Origin: Mobula hypostoma
Taxonomy: Eukaryota
Reading direction: 5' to 3'
Length of the DNA stretch: 64,000 nt
Assembly: GCF_963921235.1 (NCBI RefSeq)
Contig: NC_086108.1
Coordinates: 107,572,001-107,636,000 of the forward strand
Made by a program: the position numbers and the translations under genes. The notes below the pieces were generated by a model. It was not told where the DNA came from. It saw only the letters and a program-made list of their open reading frames with translations, and searched no databases. Below are positions 12,186 through 26,038 of this stretch, in pieces (within the stretch, counting starts at the first letter, position 1; each line of letters starts with the position of its first letter).

Positions 12186-13772
12186 ATAACAGAGGACCAT
12201 AGGGGCAGGATCAGGCCATTTGGCCCATTGAGTCTGCTCCACCCTTTCATCAAGACTGATCCATTTTTCTTCTCAGCCCCAATTTCATGCATTCTCTCTG
12301 TATCCCTTCCTGCCCTGACTAACCAAGAATCTCTATCAACCTCTGCCATAAATATACATAAAGATTTGGCCTCCACAGCTGCCTGTGGTAAAGAATTCCA
12401 CAGGTTCACTACTCTCTGGCTAAAGAAATTCCTCCTTATCTCCATTCTAAAAGGACACCCCTCTATTCTGAGGCTGTGTCCTCTGGTCTTAGACTCTCCC
12501 ATCAAAGGAAACATCCTCTCCACATCCACTCTGTCAAGGCCTTTCACCATTCAATAGGTATCAATGAAGTTGCCCCTCATTCTTCTGAATTCCAGTGATT
12601 ACATGCACAGAACCATCAAATTCTCTTCATACGACAAGCTGTTCAGAACTAGAACAATTTTTGTGTAACTCTTTTGAACCCACTCCAGCTTCAGTGCATC
12701 CTTTCTCAGATAAGGGGCCCACAACTGTTCACAATACTCCAAGTGAGGCCTCACCAGTGCTTTATAAAGTCTCAACATTACATCATTGCATTTATATTCT
12801 AGTCCTCTTGAAATGAATGCTAAATCGTGTTTGCATTCCTCACCACTAATTCAACCTGCAAACTAACCTTTAGGGAATCCTGCACAAGCATTCCCAAGTC
12901 CCATTGTTCCTCAGTTTTTTGTATTTTTTATCCATTTAGAAAACAACCCTTTCAATTCTTCTACCGGTGCATGACTATACCCTTCCCGACGCAGTGTTCC
13001 ATCTGCCACTTCTTTGCCCATTCTCCTAATCTGTCTAAGTCCTTCTGTAGCCTCCCTACTTCCTCGAAACTGCCTGCCTCTCCACCTACCTTCGTATCAT
13101 CTGCAAACTTTGCAACAAAGCCATCAGTTCCGTCATCCAAATCGTAACATATAACGTAAAAAGAATCGGTCCCAACACAGACCGATGTGCAACACCATTA
13201 GTCACCAACAACGTACCAGAAAAGGCCCACTTTATTCCCACTCTTTGCATCTACCAATCTGCCACAGCTATATCCATGCTAGAATCTTCTCTGTAATACC
13301 CTAAGCTCATAGCTTGTTAAGCAGCCTTGTGTATGGCAAGTTGTCAAAGACCTTTTGAAAATCCAAATGTTACAACATCAACTGATTCTCCTTGTTTATC
13401 CTGTTTACTATTTCTTCAAATAATTCTAACAGACTTGTCAGGCAAGATTTTCCCTTGAGGAAACCATGCTGACTACGGCCTATTTTATCATGCACCTCCA
13501 AGTACCCTGAAACCACGTCCTTAACAGTCGACTCCAATATCTTCCCAATCAGTGAGCTCAGGCTAACTGGCCTCTATTCTGCTTTTTTCTGCCCTGCTCC
13601 CTTCTTGGAGAGTGTAATGGCATTTGCAATTTTTCAGTCTTCTGGAACCATTCCATAATCTGGTGATTCTTGATAGATCATTACTAATGCCTGCATGATC
13701 TCTTCAGCCACCTCTTTCAGAACCCTGGGGCGTATACCATCTGGCCCAGGTGACTTATCTACCTTCAGACCT
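12186..13772 (-). mobile_element. CR1 LINE, decayed RT through 3' end
   Basis: ORF 12176-12550 (TRGHSLRIEG, NFFSQRVVNLWN); upstream minus-strand AKFADD-like and QHGFL motifs. Confidence 0.9.
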
Positions 13773-14258
13773 CACTCGGAGTATTGTGAGCAGGTTTAGG
13801 CCCCTTATCTTAAAAAGGATGTGCTGAAACTGGAGAGGGTTCAAAGGAGGTTCACGAAAATTATTCCAGGATTGAATAGCTTGTCATATGAAGGCCTTGA
13901 TAAGAGTGGATGTGGAGAGAATGTTTCCTATGACCAAAGTCTAAGACCAGAGGTCCAAGCTTCAGAATAGAGGTGTGTCCTTTTAGCACGGAGATGAGGA
14001 GAAATTCCTTTAGCCAGAGAGTGGTGAATCTGTGGAATTCATTGCCACAGGCAGCTGCGGAGGCCAAGTCTTTATGTACACGTTTGTATATTTAAGGCAG
14101 CAATTGATAGATTCTTGATTGGTCAGGGCATGAAGGGGTACAGGGAGAAGGCAGGAGGTTGAGGCTGAGAGGAAAATTGGATCAGACATGATGAAATGGC
14201 GGAGCAGCTGCAATGGGCCAAATGGCCTAATTGTGCTCTTAAGTCTTATGGTCTTATG
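13773..14258 (+). mobile_element. CR1 3' fragment, back-to-back with the previous copy
   Basis: Matches the CR1 3' end and ends in CTTATGGTCTTATGG. Confidence 0.85.
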
Positions 14259-14664
14259 GACTCACTTTCAGGAACTTTTCATCTCATGTTCTCGATTTTT
14301 ATTGCTTAATTATTTATTAATATTAATCCATCTTTTTGTGTTGGCACTGTTTGTTGTCTTCAGCACTCTGGTCCGGCAGTCTGTCATTGATTCTGTTATG
14401 GTTATTATTATTCTATAGATATGTTGAGTATGCCCACAAGAAAATGAATCTCAGGGTTGTATATGGTGACATATGTGTATTTGATAATTAAAATTTACTT
14501 TGCACTGTGAACTTTGAAACGGACTTCCTGAATTTAATAATATAAATGCTTGTTTGTTTGTAGGGGTATCCATGCTTGTAACCTAGTGATGGTCATTTTT
14601 TAACCTGGGGGACAATAATTCTTCAACTCGTGTGTAACTTGCTCCAGTCATAAATGAATCCAGG

Positions 14665-15680
14665 ATGGCACAGTGACACAGCAGTTAACATAATGCTTTA
14701 CAGCACCATCTATTGTGATCCGTGTTCAATGCTCTCCTCTGACTGCATGGGGTTTGTACATCCTCCCCATGACCGCCTGGGTTTCCTTCTTTCCTCCGGG
14801 TGCTCTGCTTCCCTCCTGCACTACAAATGCAGTCTGTACAGGTTAGGGTCAGTGAGTTGTGCGAAGGTCAAGTTAGCGGCGGAAGCAGGGTGACGTTTGC
14901 GGACTGCCCCAGCACATTGTGGATTGTGTTCGGCCTTCATGTAATTGACTTCCTACGTTCTCCCATGTAATGACTGTGTGGGCTTCCTCCCACATTTCAA
15001 AGATGTTTGGGTTAATGTTTGTAAGTTCTGGGCACGCTACGTTGGCGTCGGAAGTGTGGCGACGCCTGCGGGCTCACCCCAGCACAATCCTCGGTGATGC
15101 AAACGACACATTTCGCTGCATGTTTTAATGTTTTGGCATACATGTGTCAAATGAAGCTAATCTATAATCTTCTTTATATGTAAGCCGGACTTTGTGAATT
15201 TAATGATATTATGGGAGACTGTATGAATGTAATGATTCCCATGTTTATATCCTGGAAGCGGTCAGTAGCTTTTTTTTAAGTTGGGGTGCAATAAAACTTC
15301 AATTTTACAACATGCTCCAGTTGTAAATGTAAATTGTGAAATCTGCAAACTCATGGAATCTCACAAACACCCTACTCTAGTGGTTAGTGCAAAGCTGTAA
15401 CATCTTGGGGCATCCGAGTTCAGAATTCAATTTCAGTCTCGTCTTTAAGGAGTTTGTACGTTCTCTCTTTGACCACATGTGTTTCCTCCAGGTGCTCTGG
15501 TTTCCTCCCACAGTCCAAAGATCCAAAGTCACAAAGTCCAGAGTTAGTAGATTAACTGGTGATTGTAAAAAGCCCTGTGATTAGGCTAGGTTTCAATAGG
15601 TGTGTTGCCAGACAGTCCAGCTCTTTGGGCCAGAAGAGCCTGTTCCGCACTGTATCTCTAAATAACACAAATTAAATTCA
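14665..15680 (+). mobile_element. Cluster of V-SINE-like fragments
   Basis: Three degenerate V-domain segments at about 14665-14940, 14950-15170 and 15370-15680. Confidence 0.6.
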
Positions 15681-17149
15681 AAACCCAAACAAGAGAAAGT
15701 CTGTAGATGCTGGAAATGTAAAGCTGCTGGTCTCAATTAATGTATTGTGGGGACAGTGCCCATTTTTGGTTGAGTTGGGTGTTGGATGGGTGCTGAAATG
15801 TCACGGACACTCCTACTGCCATGGATATAATTTGTACTTGGGATGTTGCTGTACTCTCTTCCCTTGCTGGTTTTATTAATTACATGAGAAATGGTGCCAG
15901 AGAAAGCGTGGTACAGCAGAAATTACAGCCAGTTAGACATCATACTTGTGAATGATATTTCATTTAGTTAAAATTGCTCATAATGTCTGTCGTTATAAAT
16001 CATGTCAAAACAAATTTGCATCACTTTATCAATATGATAAAAAGGACAAACATTTGTTCTGACTCCTTTCTTCTTCCTTGATTTTTATAGAGGTCAGCCA
16101 AATTCTTTCTGGAACAATGCCATCCAGATTGTCTACTGTATTACCTACATGGTTGGAGCTTGGCCTGGTAATAGGACCCTTGTTTCCAAAGCAGTTGCTC
16201 ACACCCAAGCCTAGTGGGTGTCAGTTAGGCTGAGGCTTGAACTTGCTTGTTGTCAAGGGTTAAGGGTGAAATATTTAAGAGGAACCTGAAAGGGAACTTC
16301 TTCACTCAGAGGATGGTGAGAGTGGAATGAGCTGCCAGCGGAAATGATGGATGAAGGTTTGAGTTCAACATTTGACAGAAGTATGGATAAGTTCATGGAT
16401 GCAGTGTGGAGTCTGATCTTTTACCCTACTTACTCTATGATCAATATAATCCTTGCCCCCCCCCTCCACATAGCCCTCCATTTTTCTTTCATCTATGTGC
16501 CTATCCCCAATGTATCTGCCTCTGCTACCATCACCGGCACCGTATTCCTTTCACTCACCACTCCGTATAGAATAACAGTTCTTGCTGCTGTATGTAAAGA
16601 GATTGTACGTTCTCCTCATGACCTTGTGGACCCTCCCACATTACGAAGATGTATGGGTTAGTAGGTTCTTTGGTCATATGGGTGTAATTGGACAGCACGG
16701 GCTTGATGGCCCAAGTAGTCCATTCCTGTGCTTTAAATACATAATAATTATTCCTTTTTGCAATGTTTTTGCAATGAGATAACGTTAATGGACTGATCTC
16801 ATGGCAGGGGAGAAGAAGAGTCTTGAATCATCCTTTGCAGGTCTTCAGACTCGTGTGCCTCTCCCTGCTTTATTGAGTAACTGTTTCTTGAAGATGCTCT
16901 CAACACTGGGGAGGCTCGTTCCTGTGATGGAGCTGACTGAGTGTGGAATCCTCTGGTGTAGCCTTTAGCCATACAGCGTTTTGGAGCTTCCAAACCAGGC
17001 GGTGACACCAGTACTGGTTGAGCGACGACGGATGGCAGATTCTCTCTCTCGGCCTGCTAGCTCTCCCAGCACCTCTGCTTCTGTGCTGCCACAGTCTCCT
17101 CCCTGACTTGCAAAAAGTACACGTAAGAGATTTGAAAGGGCTAGTAAAT

Positions 17150-17316
17150 ACAAATCTCTTCCTAGCTCTTCCTTCAGTTAGTCCTGACGAAGTGTCTCGG
17201 CCCAAAACGTCGACTGTACCTCTTCCTCGAGATGCTGCCTGGCCTGCTGCGTTCACCAGCAACTTTGATGTGTGTTGCTTGAGTTTCCAGCATCTGCAGA
17301 ATTCCTCGTGTTTACG
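17150..17316 (+). mobile_element. PLE pLTR end with mutated hammerhead (17180-17215)
   Basis: AGTC-CTGACGA-...-AAAAC-GTC-GACT; the GAAAC core is changed to AAAAC. Confidence 0.75.
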
Positions 17317-19362
17317 AAGGTATGCCAGTGTCTGTTTTCTTAGAAGATGATGTAGATTTGGCATCTCACCTAAGACTTTGACAAACTTCTATGGATGCAC
17401 AGTGGAGTGCATCCTAACCACTCCCTGATATAGAAACACCAATGCCCAAGAATGGAAAAGTCCACAGAAAGTGGTGGATACAGCTCAGCCCATCGCAGGC
17501 AAAGCCCTCCCCACCATCGAGCACGTCTACAAGGCACGCTGTCACAAGAAAGCAGCAGCCGTCATCAAGGATTTCCAATATCCAGGCCAGAATCAGAATC
17601 AGGTTTATTATCAGTGGCATGTGCCATGAAATTTGTTAACTTGGCAGCAGTAGTTCAATGCAATACATAATATAGAAGAAAAAAAACAAAATAAAACAAT
17701 AATAATAATAAATAAATAAGTAAATCAATTACAATATACGTATATTGATTAGATTAAAAATGCATGCAAAAAACAAAGATACTATACATTAAAAAAAAGT
17801 CCAAGGGTTTAATGTCTATTTAGGAATCAGATGGCAGAGAGGAAAAAGCTGTTCCTGAATCACTGAGTGTGTGCTTTCTGGCTTCTGTACCTCCCTTCTC
17901 GCTAGAATCATCAGGTAGGAAGTACAGCAGCCTTAGGTTCTCTGCCAGTTGGTTCAGAAGCACTTATTACCCTACAGCCATCATGCTCCCGAGAACTGAC
18001 GTGGATAACTTCACACGTCTCAGCTCTGAAATGATTTCACAACCCACAGACTCACTGTCCAGGACTCTCAACTCATGTGCTCAGTATTATTTTTAAATGT
18101 ATCCTTTATGTTTGCACAATTTGTCTTCTTTTGAACATTGGTTGTTTGTCAGTCTTTATTTATGTATAGTTTTTCACAATCTCTATTGTTTTTCTTTATT
18201 TTCTTGTAAATGCCTGCAAGAAGGTGTCTCTTATAATAGCATATGGTGACATATACCCTATGTCAAGGACCCTGCAGCTCATATTCCTGCTATTTATTGT
18301 TCATCTATTTTTTCCTCCTTGATATTAGCACATTTTGTCGTCTGTTGAACATTAGTTGGTGTGTGTGGTGTTTCTTTGATTTTATTGTGTTTCTTTGTAT
18401 TTACTACGAATGCGCACAAGAAAATGAATCACAGGATCGTTAATGGTGAAGTATATGTACCTTGGTAATAAATTTACTGTGACTTGACTGTGACTTTTAC
18501 TGTCTACGAGTCAGATTTAGCAATTCCCTGGTTGTGTAGAATTTGTTCCTTACCCCGCGGGATGTTCTGCTTGAGTCTCTTGCCCCCCCCATTCTTCAGG
18601 AGGAGATACTGCCTTCTGACACCCGCCCCCCACCCCACCACCACCCATCCCCTCTCCCACCAGCCAGGGTCACCGCTTTTGAAGCTCACGACCCAACGTG
18701 CACCAGTTTCTGCAAAGTCTGACTCCTCCTGGTGGGTGATCCAGTTGCCTTTAAAGAACAGGCATTGACCTGAAGGATGGTGACCTTCACTGCCAACCGT
18801 GCAAAGAAAGAAAAGAACTACGTGACTCCTTCAACAGAAATTATAATTAAATTGTTGTTCTAGTTCCAGTCTGTTAAACGTGATCATGGAAGAATTATTC
18901 CCTGGAATCTACTGCAGTCTAAAACATTTCTATTAACAATACGAGACTTCATTGTGATATAACGACCTGTGTTTATACAGCATCTTTAACTTGGAGGGGT
19001 GGGGTGCCTGAGTGAAGTACTTTGTGGCACCATTACAGATACGAAACGGCTGCTGAGCAAAGGGAAAATTCCCTGGTGTTTCATTTCAGAGGATTTGTCC
19101 AGAGTCCAGGACATAAGAGCCATTATAGAGAAGGTGCAGCAGCACCTCGAAGCAGTTTGTGCAATTTGGGCATGTCATCCAAAGCTTAGATAAACTTCTG
19201 TAGGTGCACAGTTGACAGTTTGCTGTCTGATTGCATCACAGCCTGGTATGGAAACACCGAATTTCAAGAGCAGAAAAATAGAACAGGTAGTGAATGCAGC
19301 CCAGTCCAACACAGGAAAAGTCCTCCCCACCATTGAGCTCATATACATGGGGTGCTGTTGCA

Positions 19363-20022
19363 GGAAGGCAGTGAAGAAAGCTAATGGCATGCTGGCCTTC
19401 ATAACAAGGGGAATTGGGTATGAGAGCAAAGAGGTCCTTCTGCAGCTGTACAGGGCCCTGGTGAGACCACACCTGGAGTATTGTGTGCAGTTTTGGACTC
19501 CAAATTTGAGGAAGGACATTCTTGCTATTGAGGGAGTGCAGCGTAGGTTCACAAGGTTAATTCCCGGGATGGCGGGACTATCATATGTTGAAAGATTGGA
19601 GCGACTGGGCTTGTATACTCTGGAATTTAGAAGGCTGAGAGGGGATCTTATTGAAACATATAAGATTATTAAGGGATTGGACACGCTGGGGGCAGAAAGC
19701 ATGTTCCTACTGATGGGTGAGTCCAGAACCAGAGGCCACAGTTTAAGAATAAGGGGTAGGCCATTTAGAACGGAGCTGAGGAAAAACTTTTTCACCCAGA
19801 GAGTGGTGGATATATGGAATGCTCTGCCCCAGAAGGCTGTGGAGGCCAAGTCTCTGGATGCTTTCAAGAAAGAGGTGGATAGAGCTCTTAAAGATAGCGG
19901 ACTCAAAGGTTATGGGGATAAGGCAGGAACTGGATACTGATTGTGGATGATCAGCCATGATCACAGTGAATGGCAGTGCTGGCTCGAAGGGCCGAATGGC
20001 CTACTCCTGCACCTATTGTCTA
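19363..20022 (+). mobile_element. Young CR1 3' fragment nested in an older Rex1/Babar fragment
   Basis: Stop-free CR1 ORF2 C-terminus (LYRALVRPHLEYCVQFW, TRGHSLRIRG); flanks at about 19040-19362 and 20130-20575 are Rex-like. Confidence 0.9.
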
Positions 20023-21221
20023 TCCTCAAGGTACCCTGCTCATCAGGGTTCAGAAGGTGGGGTCCATGGGCCCCTCAGTTAATGGTAAGGCCGCATGGCA
20101 TAAAGAAGTTTGGGTACCCCTGCCCACAATCCAGGCCATGCTGCTGCCATCAGGAAGGAGGTACAGCAGCCTTAGGACCTACACCACCAGGTTCAGGAAC
20201 AGTTATCACCCCTCAACCATCAGGCTCCCGAACCAGTGTGGAAACCTCACTCACCTCAACACTGAACTGATTCCACAACCTTGGGACGCACTTTCCAGGA
20301 CCCTGCAACTCATGTTCTCTGTAATATTTAGTTAGACACAACATATGCCCGTGACATCAAAACCTGATTCTAATTCTGATTTATTTATAATAATTTTTAT
20401 ATGTGCAGAGTCTGTCGTCTTTTGCACATTGGTTGTTTGTCAGCCTTCGTGTGTAGTTTTCATTGATTCTACTGTAGTTTTTTGTTGTTTGTAAATACCT
20501 GCAAGAAAATCAATCTCAGGATTGTAGATAATGTCATATACGTACTTTGATAATAAATTTACTTTGAACTTTGTGTAATCTGAAGGAAGTGTTTAACAAG
20601 GAGGGTCAATATGGATCACACAGAAGCAGAGAGATGAAAGCTTTGCAAACAGTTCAGGTAGGGTGACTGAGATATGGTTGCTAACAGTTCAAGTTTATTG
20701 TCATCTGGGTATATATATGTAACCAACATACCACATGCACCCACAAAACATACATCACACACAGTACATAAAACAAAATGTTAGCACAATTAAGTTAATA
20801 AATATAGTTGGAAATGCATGTAGTGCCCAGCATAATTAAACAGTAAGCAGCTCGCTGTTCTTGCAATGAGACCTCGGTGGTGGCAGGGTATCATTAGTCT
20901 CACAGCCTGAGGAAAGGACTTGTTACCAGTCTGGCAGCCGTAGTCCTGATTCTTCTGTACCTCCTTCCTGTTGTTGGTAGTGGGTCAAAGAGATTGGCGG
21001 ATGGGTGGTCGGGATCCTCAACCATGCTTCATCCTACAACACTCCTGGTAAATGTCACAAATAGGGCAGAGGGAGACCCCAGGGATCCTGCTGATGGTTT
21101 TTATCATCTTCTGTAGTGCGGTCAAAAGAGTGCACAAAATCTTTCTAACATAATAAAGCTATGAAAATCGAGCAAGCGATAAAAGATAATGTAGAATATT
21201 AACAGGAATCTTATGCGCGTG

Positions 21222-21222
<1 letters not shown>

Positions 21223-21253
<31 letters not shown>
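21223..21253. repeat. (CA)n microsatellite
   Basis: Direct reading. Confidence 0.95.
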
Positions 21254-21255
<2 letters not shown>

Positions 21256-21852
21256 AGGACTGACTCAGAATTAGCTTTATTATGCTTGATTTAAAGACAT
21301 GAAATTGTTGTTTTGTGTCAGCAGTACAGTGTAAAGACATAAAGTTACTACAAATTACAAAAACAGTGCAGAGGAAAAGGGAAAATAAGTGTATTGGACC
21401 ATTCAGAAATCTAATGAAAGTAGGGGAGCAGCTGTTTGTGAACCACCTGCCTTCAGGGTTCTATAGCTTCCTTCCTGACAATAAAAATGAGAAGATGACA
21501 TCACGAAGGACACAAACAATTGGGGCTGAACTTGGATGAGCGAGAGGCCAAATTTGGATGAACTCCCAACACCTGAAGACCATGCGGTTGGGTTTTGAAG
21601 CTGATTGAGGTTGGTTACTGAGGTGGGGCAGATGGTAATCCCCCACTATGTAAACAGGCCCTTTCCTTTCCAAGTTCACTATGGCCAACAGCACCTACTC
21701 CTACATTAATCATATTTTTTTAATTCGAAGGTCAAAGATTAGCTTTATTTGTCACATGTACATCGAGACATCAAAACAGTGAAATGCATTGTTTGTGTTA
21801 ACAACCCACGCAATCTGAGTTTGTGCTGGGGTAGTCTGCAAGTTAATACTAA

Positions 21853-22762
21853 TCATCATCATCATCAGGTGCTGTGCCCAGTTTGAGCTTTGACTGCCAT
21901 GGCCCACACACTCCTGTTTCGGGTCAAGTGGATCAATTCATTGGTATTCATTTCCAGTTCTCTGGCTGCTGTCTCCATCATCATTTGTCTTTGCCTTCCT
22001 CTTGCTTTCTTCCCTTCAGTCTTTCCCATAATTACCGTGCATTCTAACTCCTCTTTCCTAATCACAAGTCCAATGAAGTTACATTGCCTTTTCATGATCT
22101 CATACATTATTTCTCTTTTTGTGTTTGCTCTATTCATGACATCCTCGTTAGGTATTCGTTTCATAGAACATAGAATAGTACAGCACAGTACAGGCCCTTC
22201 GGCCCACATTGTTGTGCTGACACTCAAACCCTGCCTCCCATATAACCCCACCACCTTAATTTCCTCCGTATACCTGTCTAGTTGTCTCTTAAATTTCACT
22301 AGTGTATCTGCCTCCATCACTGACTCAGGCAGTGCATTCCATGCACCAACCACTCTCTGAGTTAAAAACCTTCCTCTAATATCCAGCTTGAACTTCTCAC
22401 CCCTTACCTTAAAGCCATGTCCCTTGTATTGAGCAGTGGTGCCCTGGGGAAGAGGCGCTGGCTATCCACTCTATCTATTCCTCTTATTATCTTGTACACC
22501 TCTATCATGTCTCCTCTCATCTTCCTTCTCTCTAAAGAGTAAAGCCCTAGCTTCCTTAATCGCTGATGATAATGCATACTCTCTAAACCAGGCAGCATCG
22601 TGGTAAATCTGCTCTGTACCCTTTCCAATGCTTCCACATCCTTCCTATAGTGAGGCGAGTTTCGTCCATGATATTCTTTGCATCCTCCTCAAAAACCACA
22701 TCTCTGCTGCTTCAATTCGTTTCCTCATGTTTCTAGATATTGTCCAGCATTCTGAGCCATAT
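21853..22762 (-). mobile_element. RTE-clade LINE 3' end split by a CR1 insertion (about 22163-22658)
   Basis: Minus-strand EAAEMWFLRRMQRISW...GKTEGKKARGRQR and a (GAT)n tail; GTTTC is repeated at both CR1 junctions. Confidence 0.85.
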
Positions 22763-23205
22763 AACATAACTTGTATATTTTCATGTACAAGTTATAATCA
22801 TAGCTTGTACATTTTTTTTGGAATATGGTAGGAAACCGGAGCAGCTGAAAGAAATCCACATGGAGACAGGGCAAATGTTTGGTCTCTTTACAGACACCAG
22901 CAGGAATCAAAATGCTATCTTATAGCTGAGATTTTAAAGTGTTACACTAACTGGTACACCACCATGCCACCCCATGGATTCTCCACACATTCCACTCTCC
23001 ACTCTCTCCAGTTTCCACCATTGATCCACACATTAGCAGCAATTTACAGATGGATGATTAGCCTTCTGTGTGTGGATTGTTAAATTCTGGAAGTTTAAGA
23101 TCAATGAAAATTCCCAGTTCAAAGTAATTTATTATCAAAGTACAGATATGTCACCATATACTACCCTAAGATTTATATTCCTGCAGGCCTTCACAGTGCA
23201 AAGAA

Positions 23206-24897
23206 GATTCAAAGATTCTAAAAAAACTTTATTGTCATTCTAACCATACATCAGCTCTGCAGGGCAGAATGAGACAGCGTTTCTCAGGGGCAGTGCAATC
23301 ATAACATAACAGATGCAACACTAAATAATAAACATAACAATAAGTAGTAAAACACAACAGCCACATGTCAGTTAAAATCAGTTGTAAGTGTCCAGTGCAA
23401 GTTAAAAGTGTCCGAAGCAGAGTCAGGTGGAGCAGCTATTTAGCAGTCTGACTGCCTGTGGGAGGAAGCTGTTTAGTAGCCTTGTGGTTTTAGTTTTGAT
23501 GCTCCTGTAACGTTTGCCTGATGGCAGAAGAACGAGCAGTTCATGGAGAGGGTGTGAGGGGTCTTTAATGATGTACCATGTCTTCTGGAGGCATTGACTC
23601 AGAAAGAGGTCTTGGACAGAAGGTAGGGAGACCCCAATAACCTTCTCTGCTCCCCTAACCACCCTCTGCAAGGCTTTTTTGTCGACAGCACTGCAGCTGG
23701 AGTACCAGGTTGTGATGCAAAAGGTCAGCACACTCTCAACCACGCCTCTGTAGAATGTAATTAAGATGTTAGTGGGGAGTTATGCTTGTTTAAGCTTCCT
23801 CAGAAAGTGCAATCTCTGCTGGGCCCGTTTCACAATCCCAGTGGTGTTTCTGGACCAGGTGAGATTGTCCAAGATCTACACCCCAAGGAACTTGATGTTT
23901 TCCACTCTCTCCACTGTGGAGCCGCTGATGCTGAGGGGTGTGTGCTCAGGCTGAGACCGTCTGAAATCGACGATCATCTCCTTGGTTTTGGTGACATTAA
24001 GCATCAAGTTGTTATCCCTGCACCAGCTCTCTAGGTGTTTGACCTCCTCCCTTGTACATAGTTTCATCATTTTTGCTGATGAGCCCCACCACTGTGGTAT
24101 CATCTGCAAATTTAATGATCAGGTTCTCCTTGAATCTGGCTGCACAGTCATGTGTTAGCAGTGTAAACAGCAATGGGCTAAGCACACAGCCTTGTGGGGA
24201 TCCAGTGCTCAGTGTGATGGAGTCAGAGATGTTCCTGCCAACACAGACTGACTGTGGTCTCTCTGTCAAGAAATCCAGAATCCAGAAACACATGGCAGTG
24301 CTAAGGCCAAGCAGCAACAGTTTCTCCACTAGTCTCTGCGGGATGATGGTATTGAACGCTGAACTGAAATCAATGTACAGGATTCTGGCATAAGTGTCTT
24401 TGTTGTCCAAGTGAGAGAGAACTGTGTGCAGTGTGGTGGATATTGCATCCTCCGTAGAGTGATTTGGATGATAAGCAAACTGTAGAGGATCCAGTGATGA
24501 GGGGAGGCTGGCTGTGATATGAGGCTTGACAAGCCGTTCAAAACATTTCATCACTATGGGGGTCAGGGCAACGGGACGGTAATCGTTCAGACAGGCTACA
24601 ACTGATTTCTTTGCTACAGGGATGATTGTGGAGGTTTTGAAGCATCTGGGGACAATAGCTTGACTAAGGGAGATGTTGAAAATGTCTGTCAGGACATCTG
24701 CTAATACATCAGCACATTCCTTGAGCACACGTCCAGGGATGTTGTCGGGACCTCCCGCTTTTCGTGGCAAGGGTCCTCCGTGTTTGCTCTGGATTAATGA
24801 TTGGAGCCAGCTGGTCAGATGGTAAAAAGGGACTGGCTCTCCCCCTTGCTGTAGTGTTTGATGCTTTGAAGCGGGCAAAGAAATTGTTAAGCCCGCT
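23206..24897 (-). mobile_element. Relatively young 5'-truncated Rex1/Babar LINE (RT domain, frameshifted)
   Basis: ORFs 24012-24878 ([34 protein letters not shown]), 23876-24109 and 23423-23743. Confidence 0.92.
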
Positions 24898-25759
24898 TAA
24901 CTACATACAAAGAAACACAATAGAATCAATGAAAAACTGCACACAAAGATGGACAAACAACCAATGTGCAAACGACGACTAATTGCGCAAATACAAAAAA
25001 GGAAAATAAAAGCAGTACTGTAATAATAAATATTGAGAACATGAGTTGTAGAGTCTTTGAAAGCCTGATGGTTGAGGGAGTTCCTGAACCTGCTGGTGTG
25101 GGAGCTAAGGCTCCTGTATCTCCTTCCTAATGACAGCAGCAAGAAGAGAACATGTCCTGGATGATATGATGCAGCATTATTATTTCCTTTCTCAGAAAAA
25201 AAAATTCAGATCTTGGCATTTGTCAGATTTTGAGCAAATCAACTCAACAGAATGACTGGCTGTAACCTGTAGGTGATTTTGACAATGTACTTCCCTGCAC
25301 AGAGACTGTGCCTCGGTAACTTTGTTCCCTAGGTACAAGATTTGTCATATCTCCATAGGTTCATGTGCACATCATTTAATACTACAATGCCTCAAGACAC
25401 AAAAACATTTTTGAAACAACTTTATTAGCGAGATAAGATCTTGCTTTTTACCTTCTGCTGTTTGGAATTTGAACAAAAAGGTCTATTTTGCACTGTACAT
25501 TGTTGTGAATTTTAAGCAGCTTTTGCATTGATTAGCCTTTCACAGTTTGGAGGAAAGAAATGCATGCATTTCATTAATGGCTTTTCACTTCAATATAAAA
25601 CATGTTACATCATAGCAACCTCTTGGGATGTAGTCACTGCCATGGTACAGGCAATTAACACACAACAAGTGCCCATGATAGAGCAGTACTTCAGCCCAAT
25701 GTTGGCCGACCTTTTAACCTATTCTATGACCAATATAACCCTTGTCTCCTACATGGTAG

Positions 25760-26038
25760 GACTCCTCGGTAGCCTAGCGGTTAGTGTGACACTATTACAG
25801 CTCAGGGTGTTGTTGTTCAATTCTGGCAGCTTCTGTAAGAAAGTTTGCACGTTTCCTTCTGTGTGCACGTGGGTTTTTTCCAGGTGCTCTGATTTCCTGC
25901 CACAGTCCAAACATGCACTGAATCGTAGGTTAATTGGCCATTGTAAATTAAACTGTGATTAGGCCCGGGTTAAATTTGTTGGTTGCTGGCTTGGTGGACC
26001 AGAAGGGCCGGTTCCGCGCTGTATCTCTAAATTAATAA
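25760..26038 (+). mobile_element. V-SINE-like element
   Basis: tRNA-like head, V domain and CTGTATCTCTAAATTAATAAA tail. Confidence 0.7.

Noticed and set aside
19212..19940. 242-aa ORF and its 243-aa antisense ORF as a gene
   Set aside because: It is a chance in-frame join of a Rex fragment and a young CR1 3' fragment; the antisense ORF is its mirror.
21865..22353. 162-aa ORF as a novel protein
   Set aside because: It is a read-through from a CR1 3' end into the RTE C-terminus across an insertion junction.
24012..24878. 288-aa ORF as an active RT
   Set aside because: It is a 5'-truncated, frameshifted Rex1/Babar copy.
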